Shown here piece after piece: positions 39,368 through 46,757 of a stretch of DNA of 46,757 bases (positions are counted from its first letter, which is position 1; every line of letters begins with the position of its first letter). A model generated the notes under the pieces. That model saw only the letters and a program-made list of their open reading frames with translations, was not told the origin of the DNA and did not search any database. The translations under genes were made by a program, and so were the position numbers. The stretch is from the NCBI GenBank assembly GCA_027728645.1, contig JAQCAA010000002.1:1-46757 (forward strand). Direction: 5' to 3'. This stretch comes from Actinomycetota bacterium. Its GTDB lineage: Bacteria > Actinomycetota > Acidimicrobiia > Spongiisociales > UBA5794.

Positions 39368-40619
39368 TCAGGTGCGAGAGATAGATGCACCGAGGCGCTT
39401 GAGGTTCGGAACGAAACTGTCGTATCCGCGATCGATGTGTTCAGCGTGCGTGATAACGGTCTCGCCTTCTGCGCGCAGTCCTGCGATCGTCATTGCCGCA
39501 GCAGCTCGAATATCACAGCCATCAACTTCGCAACCCGAAAGCGTCTCGACCCCTCGAATCACGACATGCTGCCCATCTGCGTGGACATCGCCACCCATTC
39601 GGTTGATCTCGCCCAAATACCGAAATCGGCCTGCGTAGATGTTTTCGGTAACAATCGAGGTGCGCAACCGCGAGGTACGCAACCATCTGTGGGTGCATAT
39701 CTGTGTGGAATCCGGGGTACGGAAGCGTCGCAATATCAACCACAACTGGGCGGTCCGGTCCGGTCACCGTTATTGATGTCTCCGTCGAGGTAACGATGCA
39801 GCCCGTTGCTTCAAGCTTCAGCATCTCCATGCGAAGGTGCTCAGGGACACAATTCTCGACCGTCACCGTCCCGCCGGTCATGGCTCCGGCAACGAGATAG
39901 GTACCAGCTTCGAGACGATCGGGAACTGTGCGGTGGACAGCAGGGCTCAGTCCAGAGACCCCGTGAATCTCGATCGTGGAGGTACCGGCACCGTCAATCT
40001 TTGCACCCATCTTGCTCAAGAATTCCGCGAGATCCTTCAGCTCCGGCTCACGCGCTGCATTTCGAATCGTTGTGGTCCCATTTGCGAGAACCGCTGCGAG
40101 AAGGAGATTCTCGGTCGCACCGACTGACGGAAACTCCAAGAACACATCCGTTCCGTGGAGACCATCAGGAGCCGAAGCGTGGAGGATGCCGTGCTGAAGA
40201 ACGAATTGTGCCCCCATGGATTCAAGGCCCTTCACATGAAAGTCGATCGGGCGAGACCCAAAGTCGTCCCCGCCGGGCAGAGCAACACTTGCTCTACCGG
40301 ACCTCGCAAGCAGCGCACCAAGAACAAGGATCGAAGCCCGCATCTGGCGCACAAGATCGAGCGGTGCTTCAGGATTCGGTTCCTCTGGAACATCGATGTG
40401 AACAGCCGTGCCGTCTCGAGTGCACTTTGCGCCAACGTGCTCAAGCACTCGACCCATAATCTCGACGTCAACGATGCGAGGCACATTTTCGATTACGTGC
40501 TCTCCTGGTGCGAGAAGGGCAGCCACGAGGTGCTTCAGGACAGCGTTCTTTGCTCCAAGAATCTCGATCGATCCTTCGAGCCGATTTCCACCGGTAACAA
40601 CAATCGAAGAGGACATCAC
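39368..40619 (-). pseudogene. murA: UDP-N-acetylglucosamine 1-carboxyvinyltransferase interrupted by a frameshift (true lesion, assembly error or recoding)
   Basis: The ORF 39522..40619 encodes MurA residues up to ...ATLPYPGFHTDMHPQMVAYLAVA and then degenerates. The ORF 39368..39745 in the adjacent frame encodes the missing C-terminus: TSIVTENIYAGRFRYLGEINRMGGDV...DIRAAAAMTIAGLRAEGETVI...IDRGYDSFVPNLKRLGASI. The frames must join around 39656..39680. Confidence 0.8.
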
Positions 40620-40662
40620 GCTGAGGTTACGCGCAGGCTTGCCATATCCCGTGGCACTCGGG

Positions 40663-41175
40663 CTACGGCCGGACCTCTACGGAGGCAAAAACGAAGTCCG
40701 CGTGGCTTTCCCAAGAGTCATTCGGCGCTCGCAGTTCGATCCCGATTCCCGAGTTTCCACCTGTTGGATAGACCAGGTGCCACATCACCCCGTCCTCGTG
40801 TGTTCCCCACGTTCGCTCCGCTCCCCCAACGACGCGACGCGATCGCTCGAACGAGCCAACGCCAGCGTCCTCGAGCAGCTTCCAAAAGTCTCGAGCCACT
40901 TGGGCCGTTGGCTGGGGCCAAATCCCTCCGGCATTCACCACAATCGCCTCAAGGTTGATAACGCCAGCGGTCAGGAATGTGTTGGAGCCATCGAGCTCAT
41001 GGTTCGCTGCAACGTAACCCTCACCGACATCAACAACCCAGCCTTGTGGGACATCGATACAGAACGCGTCATTGCACACGGTCTGCGACTCACCGATCGC
41101 AGGGGCCGCAGGCCCAGAGGAGCAAGCTGCCACAACGACTGCAAAAACCACAACAACGATGATCGACCGGTTCAT
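40663..41175 (-). CDS. Hypothetical lipoprotein
   Basis: It has a signal peptide and lipobox (MNRSIIVVVVFAVVVAAC-SSG). I recognise no family. Confidence 0.6.
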   Translation of the reverse strand: MNRSIIVVVVFAVVVAACSSGPAAPAIGESQTVCNDAFCIDVPQGWVVDVGEGYVAANHELDGSNTFLTAGVINLEAIVVNAGGIWPQPTAQVARDFWKLLEDAGVGSFERSRRVVGGAERTWGTHEDGVMWHLVYPTGGNSGIGIELRAPNDSWESHADFVFASVEVRP

Positions 41176-41202
41176 TACCCAAGGGTACGCCGTGCCACAG
41201 AC

Positions 41203-41250
41203 GTTTTGGCGTGGCTAGCGGGAACATGTTCCCGCTAGCCACGCCAAAAC
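41203..41250. repeat. 48-bp perfect palindrome (24-nt arms, no spacer), copy 1 of a repeated element
   Basis: GTTTTGGCGTGGCTAGCGGGAACA|TGTTCCCGCTAGCCACGCCAAAAC; I verified it base by base. It lies between the divergent starts of the lipoprotein gene (41175) and rpiB (41301). Confidence 0.95.
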
Positions 41251-41300
41251 ACTCGGGTGGTTCTCCGCTAGCCTCCGAACAAGCAAGCCAAGGAGGCTAC

Positions 41301-41750
41301 GTGCGCATCGCCATCGGGTCGGATCACGCCGGATTCGAGCTCAAGACCGAGCTGATCGGTCACCTCGAAGCATCGGGTCACGACGTTCAGGACCTCGGTA
41401 CCGACTCGACCGAACCGGTCGACTATCCGGACTTCGCAGCCGCCGTTGCAAGAGAGGTTGTGCACGGGAAGGCCGAACGAGGCATTGTTGTGTGCGGCTC
41501 AGGCGCTGGTGCTTCTATTGCCGCAAACAAGATCACCGGCTCACGATCAGCTGTCGTCCATGACCACTACACGGCGCATCAGGCCGTCGAGCACGACGAC
41601 ATGAATGTACTCGCAATCGGTGCGAGAGTTATCGGGACCACCACCGCCACGGAGATCGTTGATGCTTTCATTGGCGCACAGTTCAGCGGCGAGGAGCGAC
41701 ACATGAGGAGACTCAGAAAGGTCGTCGAACTCGACCGCAACCGCGGATAA
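41301..41750 (+). CDS. rpiB: Ribose-5-phosphate isomerase B
   Basis: (V)RIAIGSDHAGFELK... is a typical RpiB N-terminus. The GTG at 41301 follows AAGGAGG by 4 nt. The track's 30-aa extension starts inside the palindrome and is rejected. Confidence 0.9.
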   Translation: MRIAIGSDHAGFELKTELIGHLEASGHDVQDLGTDSTEPVDYPDFAAAVAREVVHGKAERGIVVCGSGAGASIAANKITGSRSAVVHDHYTAHQAVEHDDMNVLAIGARVIGTTTATEIVDAFIGAQFSGEERHMRRLRKVVELDRNRG

Positions 41751-41819
41751 GGGCGGCCGCCACCTCTGGCGTGCTTGTAACCAAACGCTTGTCGTCTCAG
41801 ATGATTCTGCCGATACCAT

Positions 41820-43937
41820 GTGCACACCATGACCACGTCCCAGAACCTTCCCGAGCCTTCGATGTACCTCAACCGCGAAATCTCACTCCTCGATTTTCAA
41901 GAACGCGTATTCAACCTCGCCGAGTCGCCGAGACTCCCACTCCTCGAGCGGATCAAGTTCATAGCAATTGTGTCGTCGAACCTTGACGAGTTTTTCCAGG
42001 TGAGGGTCGCAGGACTCGTGGAGCAGCATCTCAACGGACTCAGCGTCCTGAGTCCCGACGGGCTGACGGCCCAGGATCAACTTGCCGCCATCGCAGCGAG
42101 GGCCACGGACCTCAAGAGCAGAATCGACAGCCTCTTTACAAAGGAACTCACACCCCTTCTCAAGCAGGCTGGCATTCGCATCGAGACAATCGACGATCTC
42201 AACGACGACGACCGTGCCTACCTTGCTTCGGTCTTCGAGGATCAGATCTTCCCGATTCTCACACCGCTTGCCGTTGATACCAGCCACCCGTTCCCATACA
42301 TCTCGAACCTATCCCTCAACTTTGCAGTTCTTGTCGAAGGCGAAGAAGGTGCGGTGCAATTCGCACGGGTCAAGATCCCACCCAACCTCGACCGCTTCAT
42401 CAGACTCCAAGGAGAACAGAGATTCATCCCAATAGAACAGGTCATCGGAACCAACCTTGGTCGGCTGTTCGGAGGTTTCAAGGTCCTCGCGTGGTCCGTG
42501 TTTCGGGTAACACGTTCCGCCGATATCGCTGTCGAGGAGGAAGAAGCAGACGACCTACTTGCCGCGATGGAATCTGTTCTTCGCTATCGGCAGCGCGCAG
42601 CGCAGGCGATCCGTCTGGAGGTAGAGGCCGGAACTCCCGAAGCCGTCATGACGATGCTTTTGAGCGGTCTTCAACTCGGCTCAACATCAGTCAATGTGCG
42701 TGAGGCTCCTCTCGGCCTCGAAAGCCTTTGGGAGTTGTACTCGCTCGACCGTCGTGATCTCAAGGAGGAACCGTGGAAGCCGGTGACCCAGCAAGCACTT
42801 GTGGAGGTCGAGGGAAGGTCCCCTGACATCTTCGCCGAAATCCGCAAGGGCGACATTCTCGTGCATCACCCGTACGAGTCATTTTCGACCTCTACTGCAG
42901 CCTTCCTTTCTCAAGCAGCGACCGACCCCGACGTCCTCGCTATCAAACAGACCCTTTACAGGACGTCCTTGGTCGACGACCCAGCCATCGGCGGTGAAGA
43001 GGCCATTGTTCGGACATTGATGTCTGCAGCCGAAGCCGGCAAACAAGTCGTGGTGTTGGTTGAGCTCAAGGCTCGATTCGACGAAGCAACAAATATTGCG
43101 TGGGCAAAGATGCTTGAGGCAGCCGGTGTGCACGTTGTGTATGGCGTCCATGGACTCAAGACCCATTCCAAGGCTCTGCTCGTTCTCCGAAGGGAAGACG
43201 GAGCGATCCGGCGCTACTCCCACATCGGGACCGGCAATTACAACCCGAAGACCGCACGCCTCTACGAGGACCTTGCCCTATTCACCGCCGATCCGGACAT
43301 CGGTGCCGACTTGTCTGAACTCTTCAATCTCCTGACTGGCCGCGCCCGCCCCACCGACTATCGCAAGCTTCTTGTCGCGCCCCACACCCTTCGGTCAGGA
43401 CTTGTACAGCGAATCAGGAAACAGGCTGAGCTCGGACCGGACGGCCGGATCACTTGGAAGATCAACCACCTCACGGACACGGGGATTATTGACGAGCTCT
43501 ACGCTGCTTCACAGACCGGGTGCAAGATTGATCTGATCGTGCGGGGCACCTGCTCGTTGATGCCGGGGGTCCAAGGGCTATCTGAGACCATCACCGTGAG
43601 ATCGATCGTGGGAAGATTCCTTGAACACAGTCGGATCTACCGGTTCGGCGATCCGGAAGACGACACGGCCTCGTATTTGATCGGGTCAGCAGACATGATG
43701 ACCCGCAACCTCTACGGAAGAGTCGAAGTGCTTGTCGATGTTTCGGATCCGAGACTTGTCGACCGTCTCAAACAGATTATCGATGTCGAGATGAGCGACG
43801 AAACCCTTGCGTGGGAGCTCCACGAATCGCTGTGGACCAAGACGGCCTCCCCCGCAGGTATCGATACGCACGCTGTCCTGCGCGCTGCTTCAATCGAGCG
43901 AGCCAAAGCCGATTCTTCTTCATCCCTGACCGCGTGA
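41820..43937 (+). CDS. ppk1: Polyphosphate kinase 1
   Basis: YLNREISLLDFQERVF...ERIKFIAIVSSNLDEFFQVRV, the KTHSK autophosphorylation-site region and tandem PLD-like C-terminal domains are present. The start is the GTG at 41820 or the ATG at 41829. Confidence 0.95.
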   Translation: MHTMTTSQNLPEPSMYLNREISLLDFQERVFNLAESPRLPLLERIKFIAIVSSNLDEFFQVRVAGLVEQHLNGLSVLSPDGLTAQDQLAAIAARATDLKSRIDSLFTKELTPLLKQAGIRIETIDDLNDDDRAYLASVFEDQIFPILTPLAVDTSHPFPYISNLSLNFAVLVEGEEGAVQFARVKIPPNLDRFIRLQGEQRFIPIEQVIGTNLGRLFGGFKVLAWSVFRVTRSADIAVEEEEADDLLAAMESVLRYRQRAAQAIRLEVEAGTPEAVMTMLLSGLQLGSTSVNVREAPLGLESLWELYSLDRRDLKEEPWKPVTQQALVEVEGRSPDIFAEIRKGDILVHHPYESFSTSTAAFLSQAATDPDVLAIKQTLYRTSLVDDPAIGGEEAIVRTLMSAAEAGKQVVVLVELKARFDEATNIAWAKMLEAAGVHVVYGVHGLKTHSKALLVLRREDGAIRRYSHIGTGNYNPKTARLYEDLALFTADPDIGADLSELFNLLTGRARPTDYRKLLVAPHTLRSGLVQRIRKQAELGPDGRITWKINHLTDTGIIDELYAASQTGCKIDLIVRGTCSLMPGVQGLSETITVRSIVGRFLEHSRIYRFGDPEDDTASYLIGSADMMTRNLYGRVEVLVDVSDPRLVDRLKQIIDVEMSDETLAWELHESLWTKTASPAGIDTHAVLRAASIERAKADSSSSLTA

Positions 43938-44830
43938 CCGACCACGAGATCCCGCCAAACGAGGCCATCTGGGCCGCCGGATGCGTCGTGGTGCGATCGA
44001 ACAGTCAAGGCGATCCAGAATATCTTGTCGTTCACCGCCCAACATACGCCGACTGGTCCCTCCCCAAAGGCAAGCTCGATGAGGGCGAGTCGTTCCGCGA
44101 TGCGGCGCTTCGAGAAGTCGCAGAGGAAACTGGTCTTGTCGTCAAGAATCCAAAACCGGTCGGATCGGTGGGATACACAACAAAGGCAGGAAATCCCAAG
44201 GTTGTGAGGTGGTGGCTGACGTCGCCCGCCAGCGGCTCGTTCGCCCCAAATGAAGAAGTCGACAAGATCAAGTGGCTGACCTACGAGAAGGCTCAAACCA
44301 AGCTGTCGTACCGCAACGATCGCTCTGTGGTCGATCGAGCCAACGACATGGTCGCTGCCAAATCGGCTGGGACGATTCATCTTGTCCGTCATGCGACAGC
44401 CCACATACGAGACGAGGCAGATCCCAACGACTCATCCAGGGGTCTCGACAGCCGTGGCAAGAAACAACGCGACGCGCTGCTCGATGATCTGATGACACAT
44501 CCGATCACAAGGATCGGGTCTTCTCACTTCGCGCGTTGTGTCGAAACCGTAGCTCCAGTAGCCGCTCGCCTCGGTATTCCGATCGAACGTGAACCGGCTC
44601 TGACCGAGGGCTCACACCCATACCGTCTCGTCGCCCTCATTCACGAACTCCAGAAGGAGGCAGCTGTTCTCTGCACCCACGGCGACGTCATCGGCGATCT
44701 AATCGGACACCTCTTCGCAGAAGGTGTTCCAATGGACGGTCCAATGAAATGGGCCAAAGGCAGTACCTGGCGGCTCCGAACAGTCAAGGGACGAGTCGTC
44801 TCCGGTGTCTACGTGCCGGCGAAGTTCTGA
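43934..44830 (+). CDS. mutT1: Nudix hydrolase fused to a histidine-phosphatase (SixA/PGAM-like) domain, MutT1-like
   Basis: The Nudix box is GKLDEGESFRDAALREVAEETG. The C-terminal half begins IHLVRHATA (RHx motif). The GTG at 43934 forms a GTGA overlap with the ppk1 stop. From memory, the ppk1-mutT1 adjacency matches Rv2984-Rv2985. Confidence 0.75.
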   Translation: MTDHEIPPNEAIWAAGCVVVRSNSQGDPEYLVVHRPTYADWSLPKGKLDEGESFRDAALREVAEETGLVVKNPKPVGSVGYTTKAGNPKVVRWWLTSPASGSFAPNEEVDKIKWLTYEKAQTKLSYRNDRSVVDRANDMVAAKSAGTIHLVRHATAHIRDEADPNDSSRGLDSRGKKQRDALLDDLMTHPITRIGSSHFARCVETVAPVAARLGIPIEREPALTEGSHPYRLVALIHELQKEAAVLCTHGDVIGDLIGHLFAEGVPMDGPMKWAKGSTWRLRTVKGRVVSGVYVPAKF

Positions 44831-44902
44831 ATCCCGATAGCCGAGGAACCGAACGAAGATAAGGTACTGAAAACGATTCTGAGTCGGTTATCAGTTATCG
44901 GG

Positions 44903-45211
44903 TTACGATGTATCGGTTGTATTCCTGCCTCTGAACGCCGCTATCGACGATCCGGACTGCGTTGGCGATGCAGACGTCAGAAACTCGCCAAGACCGCTGA
45001 GGACTGATGCGACGATTTCGGCCGAGGCAAGGTACGACGCCTCATCGGAGTACACGCCTATGGCGATACCTTCACCCTTGCCGGTTCGAACAATCTCCGC
45101 GAACTCCAGACCAGAAATGCCTTCGATTGTGGATCGAATCGACTCGGACCACACGAGCAATTCGTCGGATCGATCCTCGTCGAAGCGCAGATTCGTCACT
45201 CTATAGAACAT
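44903..45211 (-). CDS. Small hypothetical protein, possibly ABM/Dabb ferredoxin-like fold
   Basis: I place the start at the ATG at 45211, preceded by AGGAGAatc. MFYRVTNLRFDEDRSDELL...GLEFAEIV...GIAIGVYSDEASY weakly resembles antibiotic-biosynthesis-monooxygenase-like proteins. Confidence 0.4.
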   Translation of the reverse strand: MFYRVTNLRFDEDRSDELLVWSESIRSTIEGISGLEFAEIVRTGKGEGIAIGVYSDEASYLASAEIVASVLSGLGEFLTSASPTQSGSSIAAFRGRNTTDTS

Positions 45212-45280
45212 GATTCTCCTCGACCGTCGAACCCCGTCATCGCTTATCCGCCGTTTCTGAGCCTGCGCCATAGCGTCTGG

Positions 45281-45940
45281 TCATTGGATTTTGGCGTGCC
45301 ACCATCGGTCGATTGACCCGCACGCTTCTTCGAGCGCGTCATCAAGCGTCCGGCCAGTGCGCTTGAGCGGCACCAACGAGTGATCACCAGATTCGATGGA
45401 GACAAATTGGCCACTCGGCACCGACGCGGCGACTTGCTTCACCAACATGTTCGGCCCCATTCCGTCGCGCGAACCCGAAATGAATAGTTGGGGAATCGCG
45501 AGACTCTGAAGGTGCTCGGTGGAGCGAGCCACATCCTTGCCAATCGCCACAAGTGGATATCCGAGATACACGACGCCATCAGCCAGATTTGGATCCTCTG
45601 CAGCGACGTGCCCACCGACCCTTCCACCCATGGATTTCCCTGCGAGAACAATTGACTCCGTATACGACGCAAATCGGTTGGCTGCCGCCACATGCACATC
45701 AACGAGTTTAGGAAGCCGGTCTGGAGCCTTCCTTCCGCCCTCGGTGTACTGGTAGTTGAAGCTCAGAGTTGGAAAACCGAGGTTCGAAAGCTTCTCACGC
45801 ATCAGGGCCATCCACGGATGCGTCTGCCCCGCTCCCGCGCCATGTGCAAGCAAGATCCCACTGCTTCTCGGCAGTTTCGGCATCAAGAGGACGCCTGTCA
45901 CCGGCCCGTGGTGGGTTGCGATCTTGAGGGTTCTGACCAT
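45281..45940 (-). CDS. Alpha/beta hydrolase (dienelactone-hydrolase-like, about 219 aa)
   Basis: GILLAHGAGAG..., a GKSMGG nucleophile elbow and ...SGSRDGMG...GDHSL fit a Ser-Asp-His arrangement. Confidence 0.7.
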   Translation of the reverse strand: MVRTLKIATHHGPVTGVLLMPKLPRSSGILLAHGAGAGQTHPWMALMREKLSNLGFPTLSFNYQYTEGGRKAPDRLPKLVDVHVAAANRFASYTESIVLAGKSMGGRVGGHVAAEDPNLADGVVYLGYPLVAIGKDVARSTEHLQSLAIPQLFISGSRDGMGPNMLVKQVAASVPSGQFVSIESGDHSLVPLKRTGRTLDDALEEACGSIDRWWHAKIQ

Positions 45941-46021
45941 TTCGCAACGCTACAGCACATCACGGTTCACCACTCCGGGGTTCATTGGGTTGTTGGTGCA
46001 GCGGTGGTCTACAGTTGAGGC

Positions 46022-46693
46022 GTGAACTTCCACATCCACAAAGATCTCGACGCTGTCGCAACCGCTGCTGCCGACCGAGTCGAGGTCGAAATAGCGCGAC
46101 ACAAAACCATCTCCGTCGGATTAGCAGGTGGATCTACTCCGAGGATGGTTCACCAGATTCTCGCCAACAGGCCGATCGATTGGACCGGCGTCACAGCGTG
46201 GATGACCGATGAACGCTGGGTCGATCCTGGTGACAGCGAATCGAATCAGCGGATGGCGAGAGAAACACTCACCGCTGACGTCGGTCTGACACTCCTGGCC
46301 CCAGATACGACCTTGAAAGACCCACAAGACTGTGCGGAGTCATTCGAAAACACGTTGGGCGAGCACCACATTCATGTGAACGGCCGCTCGCTCGTCATGC
46401 TAGGGATGGGTCCAGATGGTCACACCGCATCGCTGTTCCCAAGAACCGACGCATTGACAGTCTCTGGCCGGTCGTATGTGGCGAATTGGGTGAGCTCGCA
46501 CGACTCGTGGCGTCTCACAGCGACCTACGAGCTGCTCTCAGCGGCAGACACAATCTTGTTTCTCGTTACAGGTGAGAGCAAGGCCGAGGTGATGGCGGAC
46601 ATCGCGAGCGGAGGAGACTTCCCAGCCGCGACCGTCTCCCGCATGGGCAACGCGGTTTGGCTCCTCGACGAAGCCGCGGCCTCGAAGCTCTAG
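46022..46693 (+). CDS. pgl: 6-phosphogluconolactonase
   Basis: It has a GTG start. The motifs GLAGGSTP, DERWV and GMGPDGHTASLFP are characteristic of Pgl/DevB. Confidence 0.85.
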   Translation: MNFHIHKDLDAVATAAADRVEVEIARHKTISVGLAGGSTPRMVHQILANRPIDWTGVTAWMTDERWVDPGDSESNQRMARETLTADVGLTLLAPDTTLKDPQDCAESFENTLGEHHIHVNGRSLVMLGMGPDGHTASLFPRTDALTVSGRSYVANWVSSHDSWRLTATYELLSAADTILFLVTGESKAEVMADIASGGDFPAATVSRMGNAVWLLDEAAASKL

Positions 46694-46700
46694 ACCCCAG

Positions 46701-46720
46701 CCCCCATTTTCGGGGGTTTT
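46701..46720 (+). terminator. Candidate intrinsic terminator downstream of pgl
   Basis: CCCCC-auuuuc-GGGGG is followed by UUUU, 8 nt after the pgl stop. The stem is short (5 bp, all GC). The U-tract is also the first bases of the palindromic repeat. Confidence 0.45.
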
Positions 46721-46757
46721 GGCGTGGCTAACGGGAACATGCTCCCGCTAGCCACGC
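46716..46757. repeat. Copy 2 of the palindromic element, truncated by the window end
   Basis: GTTTTGGCGTGGCTAaCGGGAACATGcTCCCGCTAGCCACGC is identical to copy 1 at 40 of the 42 visible positions. The differences are at 46731 (G>A) and 46742 (T>C). Confidence 0.9.

Noticed and set aside
41221-41232. The palindrome centre GGAACATGTTCC resembles a LexA/Cheo-type SOS box (GAAC...GTTC).
   Set aside because: Gram-positive and actinobacterial SOS boxes have GAAC-N4-GTTC spacing, as far as I recall. Here the spacing is N2, and no DNA-damage genes flank it.
44831-44903. Inverted and direct repeats (CCCGATA...TATCGGG; GTTATC-a-GTTATC) lie between the convergent mutT1-like and ABM-like genes and could be a bidirectional terminator.
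   Set aside because: The arms are only 7 nt with a loop of about 35 nt, and the flanking pairing is imperfect. There is no U/A tract, so this is too weak to call.

Overview
Gene-dense chromosomal segment with about 48 CDS, 2 tRNAs and short intergenic gaps. It is moderately GC-rich by eye (not computed), and GTG/TTG starts and 4-nt ATGA/GTGA stop-start overlaps are frequent. The content is almost entirely housekeeping. The order iscS-mnmA-ligA ... gatC-gatA-gatB-serA ... ilvE-FAH-gltX-tRNAGln-tRNAGlu ... fbiD matches, from memory, the conserved actinobacterial core region (M. tuberculosis Rv3025c down to Rv2983). I therefore assign it to Actinomycetota; the class is unknown.

Identified genes:
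- Central metabolism: pyk, serA, ilvE, rpiB, pgl, ppk1.
- Translation: gltX, gatCAB, tRNA-Glu(CUC), tRNA-Gln(CUG), mnmA.
- Lysine and cell wall: a dapC-dapD-dapE operon, a murA, pgpA, and two tandem VanW-PASTA proteins.
- Fe-S and thiolation: iscS, a NifU-like protein and an Nfu_N-like protein.
- Others: ligA, meaB, an enoyl-CoA hydratase, a Na+/H+ antiporter, an amino-acid ABC binding protein plus permease, and assorted oxidoreductases and hydrolases.

I found no CRISPR array, transposase, integrase, phage genes, toxin-antitoxin pair or recognisable defence system. I cannot honestly claim a novel multi-gene system here.

The observations not explained by ordinary annotation are:
1. A 48-bp perfect zero-loop palindrome sits in the lipoprotein/rpiB divergent region. 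A 40/42-identical second copy lies 5.5 kb away at the window edge, and the two bracket rpiB-ppk1-mutT1-...-pgl.
2. A third copy of the palindrome's 9-mer core overlaps an 8-bp hairpin arm that sequesters the rpiB Shine-Dalgarno sequence.
3. murA is split by a frameshift next to a 13-nt imperfect direct repeat.
4. Two collinear paralogous VanW proteins each carry a C-terminal PASTA-like domain.

All product calls come from reading the translated ORFs (motifs and remembered family consensus), not from database searches.
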